The notes: generated by a model from the sequence alone, not told the origin. Positions 1-13,089 are shown, numbered from the stretch's first letter. The stretch is DNA of 64,000 bases from the human T2T-CHM13v2.0 reference genome, Homo sapiens (GCF_009914755.1 NC_060930.1), one strand, 5' to 3'. Translations and numbers: made by a program.

Positions 1-169
1 TCCTACTAGCACTGCACGCTTCTCTATCTCAAAGTTACAGTTGTTCTATATTTTGTAATAATTATTTCCTTATTTTTCTATATGGGTTTTTATTACATGT
101 ATTTGTCTCTAAATAAAGGTAAGATAATTTTATATAAATTAAATTACATTATAATATTTAGTGTTATAT

Positions 170-1270
170 AAATTAAATTGTATTATTTAATTTGTGTGAT
201 TTTTTGAGATATAACTATGTTGATATGAGTAGCTGTAGTTGATTAACTTTAACTGCTGTCTAGCATTCCAATGTTTGGTCTACAAACTATGGATTTATTC
301 TCCTGCCAGTGGACACTAGGTCACAACCAGTTTTGTGTTTTCTAAATAATTCTGCTATGAACATTCCTGCACATGTGTCTCCTTTTGCACATGTGCAATA
401 ATTTTCATAGAAGTGAAATTGCTAGGCATGTACCCTAGATAAATGACACATTTTTCTCCCTAAATTCTGCATTCACATCAGCAGCATATGTGAGAGTTTC
501 TTTTGCTCCGTATCACTACCATCACCAGAATAAGCCTATTCCCTAATTTTGAAAATTTAGTCTCATGTAAAATACTATCTTGTACTTTTAAGTACAATTC
601 CGTTATTACTTAGAGGTTGAACATCTTTTGATACGTTTATAGAACATTTGCATTTTTTCTTTTTTTAATGCAGTCTTATATCTAGTGCCCATTTTTTTTT
701 CTGCCCATTGTCTATCAAGGTCTTTGTCTTTTTTTTTTTTTTAATTTTTGGAGTTGTTCATCTATTTTTTGCTATTAATCTCTTGCTATTTAAATATATT
801 ACAAGTATTTTTACAAGTTTGTGGCTTGTCCATTATCTTTCTTTATTGCATTTATTGATAAATTGAAGATCATAATTTTAATACAATAAAATGTCAGCTA
901 TTAAATGTATGACTAGAATTTTGAACATCTAGTTTTTCAAATCCTCCCATATTTCAAGAAACTGTATATTTTCCTAGGTTAAAAGAAACTATGCCATGTT
1001 TTGCCTTTAGTATTTAAGTTCTTGAACCATTTGGAACTGATATTTTAGAACTGTATGAAATAAGAATAAATTATATTTTTGTATTGAATACCAGCTATAT
1101 CAGCAACATTTAAAAATAATCTATCCACACTCTGACTTTCTGAAATGGCTGCTTTTTCTTATGTCAGATTTTTGCTCAAGTGTGATGTATTTTAAGTCTC
1201 TTTTTTTCCGTCCTATTGGGAAATTTGTTTATATCTACACCAATACCATTCTACCCTTTATAATACAATA
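170..1270 (-). mobile_element. Old L1 (L1M-type) 3' fragment
   Basis: T-rich degenerate sequence with typical antisense L1M motifs (ggacac…ccagttttg, gctatgaacattc, gaagtgaaattgctagg, gaggttgaacatctttt, acaccaataccat). Boundaries approximate. Confidence 0.7.
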
Positions 1271-2937
1271 TCTGGGGACTGCTTTATTACTAACACTTAG
1301 GACACATAGTCCTGATCTCAATAGCCATGCTTTATAGTGCCATGTTGCTGTGTTCATTATGTCACTTTTAAATACTAAAATTTATTTCTGGTTTCCCATT
1401 TGAAATCCTGTCCCTTTCTCCCCTACCTCTTCATGTCTTAACTGAACCTAGATTTTACTTCTGTCAGTATTCATCAGTCTAGCTCTTTGTGTCAACCTTG
1501 ATGAACATTCTTGGACTCTGAACCATGGCATTTTCAGTTTGGGGCTGGCACTCAGGACACCAACCTCATCTTTACACATAGTTTTAAACAAGAAGCATGC
1601 CTTACCCTACCACCTAAGGCAGTCCCAGGTCTCTCACATCTTACCTTTCCTGGTACTTAAACCTCATAAAATCATCACTCTAGTGCTGTATGAGTGCTGT
1701 TTTGAATATATTCTGGCAGCACCAGCTGTGATACTATTAGTAATTATATAATATATTATACAAAATCGAGCAAGTGAAAAGAGGTGCAAGTAATAATTAT
1801 TCTGGGACAATATAGTACACCAAGACTGTTCTAACTGACTAAGATCATACATAGATCAACCAAGATTATATTTGGCATGCAGTGTGTGGTCTAGAGACAA
1901 CTCATTTTATATCAAGCATGCTGGTTCAGGCCTATAGATCTTCCCGGAGACTTCTGCCATTTCCATGCCAGAGTATTTAAACTGAGTCAAAAAAAAAACC
2001 ATGCAATTTTATTAAGAGCAGTTGTCTCCAAATATTCTTCTAACATACATAGCTGAATAAATTCAATGGGACTTTACTTTTAAATTCTGCATACAGATGT
2101 CTCCTAAATGATCTTGACATATATTAGTAGATTAGATGATAGATATCTGACTCACATTTAGGCACTGAAGTGTGGTTAAGGAGATAAATATAGTCAGGCT
2201 CGGTGGCTGAACATAACACCCAATCTGTGCAATGCTAAAATCAAGGGGTGAAAAATGCCTGATTATTAGATCCAGAGCTAAAAATGACTATATTTTGGCT
2301 TTATCCTGGGCTTTGGTGGCTATTTTCCTCAAAATTCAAACTGACTACTGGCTGGCTGACCATGCATATGGAATACATGATCCCAGCCCTAAGGTCCTTG
2401 AGGTGGAATAAAGTGACCTGGGACAGTGCTACCCAAGGTTCTGAAAAATAGTGATCCTTGATGTGATCATTGAAAGAGAAAGGGGTGATGTGGTCACATA
2501 TATTTGGTAAACAATGTCTACTATATTTCTTCTTGAAGATTCACCATATATACAGTGTTAAAGCCATGAAGCACTCTACAGTCTACACATCTACTTGTTG
2601 TGTCCTCTCCATGCTTGGAAATGACTAATTTTATTGTCAACCTCTGTGTTGCTATCCAATGTGTGGAGAGGCACATGCAGGGGAATGTAGGTAGGGGAGG
2701 TGGGTGTGTTGAGGTATTTTTGCTCACACTATGATAAATAAAGGAGTCTTTGCTGACTTGCAGAAATTGTCAGTCTAGTTTCAGCATCCCTGCCTAGCCC
2801 AAGGTACACTTTCTTCATACACACCACACCTGACACATAACTTTCGATGTGGAAGCATGGAGTGCTCTTCTTTAGCATCGCACCAGTAATCTGAAAGGTT
2901 TTCATTTTCTTGAAGCTCATGTTACTATGAGACTCTA

Positions 2938-3291
2938 TGATATGGTTTGGCTGTGTCCCCACCTGAATCTCATCTTCAATTCCCACACGTTGTGGAAGGG
3001 ACCCAGTGGGAGGTAATTGAATCATGGGGGCAAGTCTTCCCTATGCTGTTCTCGTGATAGTGAATAAGTCTCACAAGAGCTGATGGTTTTAAAAATGGGA
3101 GTTCTCTCACACAAGCTCTCTTTTTGCCTGCAACCATCCATGTAAGATGTGACTTGCTCCTCCTTGCCTTACACTATTATTGTGAGGCCTCCCTGGCCAT
3201 GTGGGGCTGTCAGTTCATTAAACCTCTTTCTTTGGTAAATTGCCCAGTGTGGGATATGTCTTTATCAGCAGCATGAAAAGGGACTAATATA
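2938..3291 (+). mobile_element. THE1-family (ERVL-MaLR) solo LTR
   Basis: Starts TGATATGGTTTGGCTGTGTCCCCAC, contains GGGAGGTAATTGAATCATGGGG and ATTAAACCTCTTT, ends GGACTAATATA. About 350 bp. Confidence 0.92.
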
Positions 3292-4477
3292 TGCTCTATT
3301 CTGAAGGTGATGTACGTCCCAAGCTTGTCCATGTCCTCCAGTATTTTTCCTACAGTGATTTCGGGTGTTTCCTCAGGACCTAGAGTAAACAATCCCATAC
3401 TACAAACTCAATCCACTTTCCAGTTATGGCCTTTAATCCAGTCTTAATGACAAATCCCCTTTTACTTTTTTCTTGGACTGACTTTAACCCTGTCAATCTC
3501 ATCTATCCCTTTAAATTCAACATTATGGAATTGCATCACATAAATACATAGTTTATGTTAAATTATCTATCTCTATCATTCTCATTTGACCTCACAACTT
3601 AACATACTGTAAAATCATATCTCAAATGTGCAGGTTATATACAGAAAACTATGTGCACCATACTATATGGATAATTTAAAGGCTTTTCAATGGTATCTAT
3701 AATGATATGTAATTTTCATTTTAGGCATTAACTTTATAAGTAGCCTGCTGTATGTAGCAGCTGAGTAAAAATTCTCCTGCTGTATGACTTCAATGCCAAA
3801 ATACATTTTTAGTTGGGAAAATGGCTGGTCACCTTGTTATCAGATAATTTAAGCAGTTTGTGAATTATATCAAATTAATTTTTGTGTTGAAGGATAATGG
3901 CCATGTCAAGTGCAAATCTCTCAACCATATAGGGAGTAGAATATTAACTCTTATGAAACTTATATTGTGTTTAAGATGATTTAGCAAGCTAATTTGCTAA
4001 TTTCCTGCAAAATATGCTGATCTCTTCAAAACCTGATTGGATAGTCTGTTTCATAGATAGCAGAACTTACAGATTTTTTTTATTGCAAATGAATATTTTT
4101 ATCTATATGTCACATTTTTCTAGGAAGAAGATTTTCATTTTCAGAGCAATCTTCAATCTAAAGCTCTCTCCCAGTGCTACAAAATTATCAGATTTGTTTG
4201 ATATATTTTCTTGATTAAGCATTTCTACAGACTAAGTATCAGCATAGCAAAGACTCCATAATATAGAGTTCCAATCAGCTTTACATTTAACTAAAATTTT
4301 TCATGGAAATATAAATGGAATTTTAGATTCATGTTAAACCTCTCTTGTAACGTTCTCAATGTCTATGTGTATACTTCAAACTGTAACTTTTTTTAAAAAA
4401 AGACATTCCTATCAAGCTACTCAATATATTTTTCAATTTTTATCTGATGTATCTACTGACATAATATGTCTCAAAAA

Positions 4478-4628
4478 CTACTTGGGAGGCTTAGGCAGGA
4501 GAATCACTTGAACCCAGGAGGCGGAGGTGCAGTGAGCCAAGATCACGCCGCTGCACTCCAGCCTGGTGACAGAGAAAGCCTCCATCAAAAAAACAAAAAC
4601 AAAAACAAAAAAACAAACAAAAAAAAAC
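4478..4628 (+). mobile_element. 5'-truncated Alu (right arm plus A-rich tail)
   Basis: ctacttgggaggc…ggagaatcacttgaacccaggagg…gcactccagcctgg, followed by an (A5C)n tail. Confidence 0.92.
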
Positions 4629-5418
4629 CTCAGCACTAAATAACAGGCATTTGTTTTATGTATTAGTAGCATCACCAGTACTTGTTTACCTCTAACCTCT
4701 CAAAAAATATATAAGCACATTGATGTCACGCATAGAACTGAGGACTGACTTAAATCCTATATACAAAGCTTATGTATTTCTTCCTAAGGCAAAATATTTT
4801 CCATTATGCTTAAAATAACTTTTATTAATAACAGTCAGTTACTTCATCAAACTAAGAAATATCAACAATTTCTCAGCATTTTTTCCTAAGCATATTGTCA
4901 AAGTTACCATTGCTGCAAATGCCACAGTATGTTATGGTTATCAGTTAATACTTCATAATCCAAGAATAGAAACCTTAAAAGGGAATTGTCACATTCCAAG
5001 AGCAATGGTTAAGAAAATGTTGAGGGGCTACCTTTCATTAGAGACAGGATATTCATAGTAGACAAATTAGGTTGCCTACTGGTTTGATCAACTGATTAAT
5101 CTTTAGGATAATTCAGTCTGATGTGTACTGAAGAGTTCACTTATTATACTGCAAAATGAGAAATAAAAATGTAACACTTCACAAAGGGGTTATGATGTGG
5201 CCAAATTAACAAATGAAAGCTCTATAGATAAATTTTAATAAGAATGAATTCACGGAAAAGACAGGGATAAGTAATATTGCATATTCAGCACAACAAATAA
5301 TCATACCAAAAAGCTGGTAAGCCATTCTCAAAATTAGCATTAGCATAGTCTATAGCAGAAAATTCAAATGAGTAAGCTGCCCAAATATGCTCTTCTTTAA
5401 AAATTTTGTTCAACATAC

Positions 5419-5445
5419 TTGCTTTTACTTGTTTTTCACTTGGAA
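5419..5445 (-). CDS. TRDN: Triadin micro-exon, 27 nt (probably exon 19): (V)PSEKQVKA
   Basis: Minus strand: cttgtcattaacag|TTCCAAGTGAAAAACAAGTAAAAGCAA|gtatgt. Phase 1-1. Confidence 0.95.
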
Positions 5446-7199
5446 CTGTTAATGACAAGAAATAATAAGGTCAACAGTAATTACAAATCTGCTTATCTCT
5501 TTCCAAAATAATTGTAAGGTTATCTTAATTGTTTAAAGATTGTGTGTATAATATTGGAAGCTAAAGAAAAATAAGATCTGAGAAAAGGAAAATATAATAC
5601 TGTGCCATTTTTCTGATATAATCCAAATATATTCCATGAATTATAGAATTTTATTGTTTGTTATTCATACTTCTCCCAACACAGAATATTCATTTACAAA
5701 TCAATCATCTTGCTCTCCATTTTTAATTATCCAAGGATCTCATTTTTTTATATACAGGCAAATGCATTTTCCTCAAAGTCTATAAAATAGTGTGAAAAGA
5801 ATGAGTTCACTTCATAAATTATTCAAATTGATGGTTTTAATTTTTGAACTACAGCTAGTTACTGCTAAGTTGCTGCATTGTAATCACACACTGAAAAAAA
5901 TAGATAATAATTTCAAGCAATTTATTGTATTTTGTCAGGTTCAATATTAGACAGTAATATTTAACTATTAAAACTTTTAAAACTGGCTACACCAATAGTC
6001 ATTCTGTATGTCTCTCTGTCTTTCTATAATGCACACACTATCTTAGGTTCTTCTTACATACGTAAGTGAGAAGATGTGTTATGCTTGAGGAAATGCAACT
6101 CTGAACCAACAGGGTGTTCTCTGTAAAGTAGACAAAACATTTCTTCCCAAAGGTCAAATACTGTGAAAATATGAAATGCTGAAATGTGCAATTATTGCAT
6201 CTTGTAAATTATTTTAAAGTCTTCTGTTTTTAAATTTATAAAAATGTAATTATTCTATTTGGTGTTTCTTCCTTCACTCAATAAGCCATCATCAAGCGCC
6301 CAATGTGTCCTGGCATTACAATAGGTGCTCTGGGAATAAAGAGAAAAAACAGTCGGCTTCTTCTAATTTCTGACTATATAAGGTAGAAAAGGGAAAAGAT
6401 AATACGATTTTAACAGCATATGAAATATTATAAAAGTAAGAAAATGATACTATGGGAAGTAATTGGACAGACACTTAAAACAGATTTGGGCTGTCTCAGG
6501 ATATTTTATAATCTTTAAAAATGAATAATAAATGTGGATTCAAACCTGTAGTTTTCCGTGGTTTGTGGTAGGGTGAGACTACAGTTGGGCCCCTTTGCAT
6601 GGTTTTTTAAATAAGATTGAGCAGATGCTATTTCCATTTAAATAAAATGAAATGGGAAGAATGACTGATAGGTATTACATAAGGTTATGATCACCCATAC
6701 ACACACACACACACAATACTAAATAACTCAGTGAAGCTCCTTCAGTAGGAGTTAGCCAGGCAAAATCAAGAGGTGATAGTTTTAAATGAGGGAAATATAA
6801 ATGGTTTCAGAAATTTTCATTTGAAATGATTAATTGGGCAGGTTAAATGCTAGAAAACTTCAAGACAATAATTTGGTATCCACAGCAACTGCACTTTTAG
6901 TTTTTGTTGATAGGTTTATTTGTCTTGTCTAGTTGTTTGACTCTCAATCAGTTTTTTTCTCATCAGAATGTAAATATATTTTGGGCAAAATCTACTTTTG
7001 CTCTCACTGCAACTCCCCTGAGCACTCAGGAAATGTTATTAAGTAAGATTATGAATAAGGAGATAATATTTGCTGGAAGTGATTATTCCATATTTTAAAA
7101 ACAAAGCGATGTATAATGCATTTACAAAAAGTGTTTTGTTCTTGTTTTGTTTTGCTTTTACACTAAACTGTGAAAGAGTACTTCGCAAATACTGCACAG

Positions 7200-7337
7200 A
7201 TGAATTCACTGAGGGTCTTGTGAAGTTGCAGACTCTGATTCAGTAGGTCTTGAGTGGGGCCAAAAATCCTTCATTTCTAATAACATTTTGGGTGATTCTG
7301 ATGCTGCTAGTTCACAGAACACACATTGAGGAGCAAG
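7200..7337. mobile_element. MER5-type hAT DNA transposon fragment
   Basis: ctgattcagtaggtcttgagtggggc…catttctaa…ggtgattctgatgctgct…cacacattgaggagca resembles MER5A. Confidence 0.7.
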
Positions 7338-7529
7338 AGTGTAACATTTGGCTTTCATTTTCTAAAACTGCATTGATGTTATGTCCATGTCAAGAACTTG
7401 GAAAAAACACTGTGAGATGGAAGCATTCCCCACCCTTTACTGGCGCTGCCTTACCACCTGTTTGAGGCTACAGCATTAATAAACACTGGACATGAGTATT
7501 CGGAATCCAGCAACAGTGGTCTTACTCAC

Positions 7530-7556
7530 CTGAGTGTTCTTTCTTTGGTGACTTTG
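7530..7556 (-). CDS. TRDN: Triadin micro-exon, 27 nt (probably exon 18): (A)KSPKKEHS
   Basis: Minus strand: ttctttcctttttgatacag|CAAAGTCACCAAAGAAAGAACACTCAG|gtgagt. Separated from the previous exon by a 123-nt intron (7557-7679). Confidence 0.96.
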
Positions 7557-7679
7557 CTGTATCAAAAAGGAAAGAAAAAAAAATCAGCATTCTATGTCAT
7601 TCAATTGTAATTCAGTATTCAATTGCAAATCAAATAATATTATGAAATTGTGAGAACAGAGGAATTTAAAAACAGTTAC

Positions 7680-7712
7680 CTGGTTCCACATGTTTTTCTT
7701 TCTTTTCCTGTT
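7680..7712 (-). CDS. TRDN: Triadin micro-exon, 33 nt (probably exon 17): (K)QEKKEKHVEP
   Basis: Minus strand: aataatatgtttcag|AACAGGAAAAGAAAGAAAAACATGTGGAACCAG|gtaact. Phase 1-1. Confidence 0.95.
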
Positions 7713-8104
7713 CTGAAACATATTATTATTGTTATTATTATTATCGTTATTATTCTAAAGTTTATGAATCCCAACTTAATTGTTTTAACACAAAGAAACA
7801 TGCATGTGCTGATGCCAGATTGCAGCAACTAATAATGGCTTACATAAAAAGGCTAAGATTATATACTTAAAATAATTCTTTTTTCCATTTATCTTGGGAG
7901 TTTCCTTATGGGGCAGCATCAAAATATTCTGAATATTAGAGGAATTTGAATTTTTTACAGATGATAAACCAGAAAAATAAAATAGAATCCATAAAGGGTG
8001 AAAAAAATTAAATTTGCTATTATATTAGATCAATATGAAATAAATTTGAGTCAAAATAGTAAGTACAAAAGATAATTATTACAGCTTTTTAAGAAATTGC
8101 TTAG

Positions 8105-8265
8105 TTTTTCTGAGACAGGGTCTTGTTCTGTTGCCCAAGTTGTAGTGCAGTGTTATAATTCTAGTTCACTGCAGCCTCCACTTCCTGGGCTTAATTGATT
8201 CTCCAACCTCGGCCTCCCAGGTAGCTGGGATTACAGGCACACACCACCATGTGTAGCCAGATTTG

Positions 8266-8313
<48 letters not shown>

Positions 8314-8428
8314 AGACAAAGTCTCACCATGTTGCCCAGGCTGGTCTCAAACTTCTGGGCTCAAGAGGTCCACCCACCTCAGCCTCTCAAAGTGCTAGGA
8401 TTACAGGCATGAGCCACAGCACCGCAGC
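8105..8428 (-). mobile_element. AluJ-like element with a (TG)n expansion at 8268-8311 in its central linker
   Basis: gagacagggtcttg…gggattacaggc…(TG)~22…gttgcccaggctggtctcaaacttctgggctcaag…gcatgagccac. Confidence 0.9.
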
Positions 8429-11184
8429 TTATTGCAGTTATTTTAAAATAATTCTCAGAAAGATGAAGATTAGCACATTTCACGTGGACTGCCTCTTCTA
8501 AGAATCTTCTTACATGGAAGAAATAGCTGTTAAGCTAAGACAAAGGCTTTGTGAGGCATATTTAAGACACTAAAATAGAAAAAGAAGTTTCAGGGTAAAA
8601 CATTTGCCTTGCTTTTAGGACAAATGCTCCTTTTGGAGTCCTCTTTATATAGCGTTTCTTTTCAGGAATCTACTTTTGTCAATATTGTATGAGACAAAGC
8701 ATTATTTTGTTCTCAAGATTAAGCTGACATTTACATTATAATAAGTACTAATTTTATAAGAATTGCAAGCACTAATTTTACATGAAGTGCTATCATCTAC
8801 ATTTCTATTCTTATTTATTTTGCCTTGACAACCTTGTCAAATTAATGTAAAAGAAGATTTTCAAGAAATACTTTAACATACCCACATTTTTATCTGATAT
8901 TTTAAAGAAGAATGGAAAGATTCTTAAAGTTTTATTTAATGAATAGATTTTGAAGACTAGAATATGTTCATACTGAAAGAACTCTACAAACTATATTTTA
9001 AAAATATAGAGTGTCATAGAATGCTACGGTCATCACATCAATTTCCCAAGTATACAATTTTGTTAGTCAGGCTTCTAATTAAATAAGTGTGGTATAATGA
9101 GCAACTTATCCTCTTTTAAGACAGCCTTTAAGCAGCAAAACAAAAAAATGAAACAAATGGCTTGGCCAAGTGTTGCAGGTCAAAAAGAAGAAGCTATGAC
9201 GATTTAGCTAAAATTAAACAAAATGAGAACATTATCAAATGTTGTCTGGCAAATGAAGAGCAATTAAATACATTGTTTAATTTATTGCTTAACTGAAGCT
9301 CTAATTATAAAACATTTCCAAGAAATTTGTGATGACAGTCACAAACAGTGATAACAGTCAAAAAAGTACTGGAAGCAGATTTGGACATGCATCAGAATCG
9401 AATACCAGCTATACATAAGATTAAAAGTTAAAATAAAGTCCCCTCAATCTTATCAGAAAGCTGAAAAATAGCTGTGCTAATTTGTTCATTATATAGGATA
9501 GCTCATGGTGTAATTATTGAATTACCTTAGTAAATATACATTGATTTACCCTTTAACTCTACAGGGACTGCAAACTCATGTTTATGGTTGATTTTTGAGG
9601 TCTCTTTCTTTTACTTTTTATTTTGAAAAAAATTATAGCTCACAAACATTTACAAAATGTACAGGATGGTCTCTTGTACTTTTCATCCTGTTTCCCTTAA
9701 CCATAATTAAAAATATCTGAAAAGTGAACAACCTTTAAGTTGTGATTATTAGAAAAGTAGAAGCAAAATAAAATATAAAATTGGGGTGTACCATCGAGTA
9801 AAGCAACCCTCAAGATAAAAAATCCAAATCAAAGAAATTCAAAGATACAACACTAACAATAATAAAAGCAAGTCTAGATGATAAACCATAGCAAATGAGT
9901 GAATTTGAAAAGAACTGATAGGTGTTTTGAAGAAAACTATTTCTTCTCCTTATTGCTGCCCGAGTCACAATCTGAGGACCTTCTCAAGGAGGGAAACAGT
10001 TGGGTTGTGAATGAATGCGTGAAAAGGCATGTTTATTTATTAAGTGCATCAGTGCCCTGAAGATTGCCAAGGAGCTGCAGTGTGTGCAGGAACTTTTAAA
10101 TCTTATAAACTGTAATAAAGGGCCTTAAGGCTATCTCTATATGTACTTTAATACTATTTTTCGAATCTCCAGTTGTTCTCCATTTTCCTGCTGGTGCAGC
10201 GTTTATAGAGTGCTTTCTGTATCTCTGTGCCAGTACTCATCAGTAGCTCTGCACACACGTAAATCTGGAACTGAGAGAACTCTCTGTAGATGGATTGCTC
10301 CCCCTGGCTGAGTTGTAGTATAATTTCACGAGTGTCTCCACAGGGCATTTTAGAGCATTTTTACAACGTTGAATGTCTCAGCATCCTTGCTTTTTGTAGG
10401 GCCAAAACACATAAATATATTTTAATTGGTATATATTTTAAAACATTTTTGATATCACTAGAATCTTAAAATCTATATTGCTGGTAATGTGCTAATTTTT
10501 AATAGTGTATTGAATAAGTTCAAGTGTTTTTTTTTTTTTTTTTGCTTTCTTTTGTTAAATATATCTTATTTTCTTCAGAGGAGAACCTATATTTGTGAAA
10601 GACATACCTTAAGTTATTGAGCTTGACTGAATTGTTAGCACACAGTCTTAATAGTGTTAAAGCAACAGTGGATGAGGCTGAATAGCAACCCTATTAGACA
10701 GAGCTCATAGTGAGTGTAGGGGGGAAATTATGTTATGGGAAAAATGTCATATATCACATGGGCATGCCAAAATATCTACAGATTACAAAAAGAAAGATAG
10801 GAAAAAAGTTGTAAAACTAGCCTGTAAAAGAACTTCTAGTCAATTTTCAAAGGACTGACAACTAACCAGATTAGGACTAAATTTACAAAAACATAAGTCA
10901 GTTTGGGTTAATGGAATGCAGTTTTACTTTTGATTACAAGCCCGTCAAGAGTATTGTTAGATGATTGCATGAGCTTGAGAAAGAGTTCTAAAAATGATTA
11001 CTATGCTTCTCAGTCCACTCTAACCCCCAGACTGTGTATTTTTTCACTTGGACAAAAAACAACAGAGTTCACATGCATAAAACATAGGAAAAGCGGATTC
11101 AAAATTGCAGGTCTAAATACAGCAGCAGGCAAATAATAGTAGTAAAAAAAAAAGTACACAAATACACTGCATGCATTTCCTTAC

Positions 11185-11205
11185 TTTTTCCCTTGGGTTG
11201 TTCTA
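11185..11205 (-). CDS. TRDN: Triadin micro-exon, 21 nt (probably exon 16): (V)EQPKGK
   Basis: Minus strand: ttgtatttctttcag|TAGAACAACCCAAGGGAAAAA|gtaagg. Phase 1-1. Confidence 0.95.
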
Positions 11206-11768
11206 CTGAAAGAAATACAAACAAAATCATTGCTCTTAAAACTTTAAAGATAAAACGTACTACCCTACATATTGATTAGACTGTAATTTTTCCCACCCCT
11301 CCTTCCAATTTGCTCTCCTTAAATTTCACAATGAGGTGAAATTTCACAGTGAGGCTCTGAGGTATTGTTAATTACTGTAGGTGCTTCCATAATTTGATTG
11401 GCAAATATTATTTGACAATAAATTAACCCAGGATTATACTGTTTAACCATTTTAAATTATTTACACCTGATATGTAATAGTCTCTTAAACACATAAAAAC
11501 ACATGTGAACAAGTCTAGGAGGCACAGGTATACTTGCCAAATGAATTATTCAAGACCGAAAGGAAGAAATCAGTTCCTAATTGATGCCAGTCTATCAAAA
11601 AGTAATTTAGTGTGTGCTTTCTAGTAAAATAAATGTTTGATACTGAAAATTTTTCAATTTCTTGTTAAGTAAACATTTCTTTGGAAACAATTACTGTGAA
11701 AGGATATGCAGTATTTATTTCCATTACTGCGAAATACTTCTCATAGCAGTATTGTCAGAATAGATTTG

Positions 11769-11771
<3 letters not shown>

Positions 11772-11804
<33 letters not shown>
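11772..11804. repeat. (CT)n microsatellite in the intron between the 30-nt and 21-nt exons
   Basis: About 16 CT units seen directly; reads (GA)n on the TRDN sense strand. Confidence 0.95.
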
Positions 11805-11807
<3 letters not shown>

Positions 11808-11932
11808 CTCAATCATTTTTTCTTCTCCTCTATCCCATACATAATTCTTTCTTCTACATCAATCCTTTAAGAAGGTATGCTGTTTCATGGTTCATCAAAC
11901 ATAAGGCAGAAAAAAAGAAATATGTCCAGTAC

Positions 11933-11962
11933 CTTCTGCAGGTTTTTTTGTTTTCTTGGAAT
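11933..11962 (-). CDS. TRDN: Triadin micro-exon, 30 nt (probably exon 15): (D)SKKTKKPAE
   Basis: Minus strand: tctttgtgttttcag|ATTCCAAGAAAACAAAAAAACCTGCAGAAG|gtactg. Phase 1-1. Confidence 0.95.
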
Positions 11963-13089
11963 CTGAAAACACAAAGATAAATTATTAATAAAACAGATAC
12001 AATAAATCAACAGCTGATCAGCTCACAACAAATTTCTATAAACAATCAAATAAAATTGATTATTCAACAAATTGATCATTTGTATATTTCTAGAATATGA
12101 GACTTAGAAACTGTTCTGTTTTGTGGGAATAAGTATTAGAGTGAAGCAGGAGTGAGAAACTCTTTATAAAATATCTTATATTAATAATATTTTATAAAGA
12201 ATATAAAACATTGAAAAATATAAAGGAAAATATACCCACATATAATTTATAAAGAAATTTTGTTTTGCCTATGTAAGTTAGTAACCTGTTAATAGAACAT
12301 CAAACTGAGTAAATATATGCTCTGTTTCCATAAAGATGCTTAGGAGTTCATGAAGTTAACTTGAAACTTTCATTTGTTCAATCTAAGTCAGTCCAGGTGA
12401 ATTATGTTGCACTGTCTTTGAATAATCAATACACTTCCAATATAGATATTCAGGCATTCTTATGGTAATGGAAAAGAAATAGATTACTGTTGACTCATGG
12501 GTTACTGATGAATACATCACTATATTTATAACTGTTATGTAGTAATGTCTATTTCGTGGTCAAAAGACATCGATTTCATTTATAGTAGACGGGCATTCAG
12601 CCTAGATCTGATAAATTTATTATTTTCTATTATTTAGGCCATGAAACTTTCTGCTCCCACCACTTGAAAATGAAAACAAGAGGTTTTTAAGCTCATTTGT
12701 TTTAAGATTGAAGCACCTGAGCTTGAATTTTTGCTTAGAATATTTTATTTTTTAATCTTCTTTGTCCTTTTACTGTTTCTGTAAGAACTTTTAAATTCTC
12801 TATTACTGAAATTAGAATCATAATAATGAACTATGAATTGATACCTGCAAAAGGTAGCTAAATTGTTTTCTGGCTTATAATTATCTGGCTTGGAACCTAG
12901 AACAGTAGACATTCACTAATAGTTTGCAAGTTAATGGATTTCTGTGCCTTACAGAGGTGTGGTGGTATCACGACTTCACTTCCATGATGAAGAAAGGGAA
13001 CTAAAATGTTTGGATATGACAATGGACTCATTGTCTCTTCACAAAAGGCAGTTAGATGGTCAACAAAATTGTTTTATGTAACAATAATA

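Noticed and set aside
7650-7832. Hydrophobic ORF (IIIVIIIIVII) antisense to a TRDN exon
   Set aside because: It is the translation of the (TTA)n repeat, not a membrane peptide.
5419-11962. Similarity between two exons (TTCCAAG…AAAACAA…AAAA) suggesting exon duplication
   Set aside because: The match is in different reading frames and is explained by A-rich composition.
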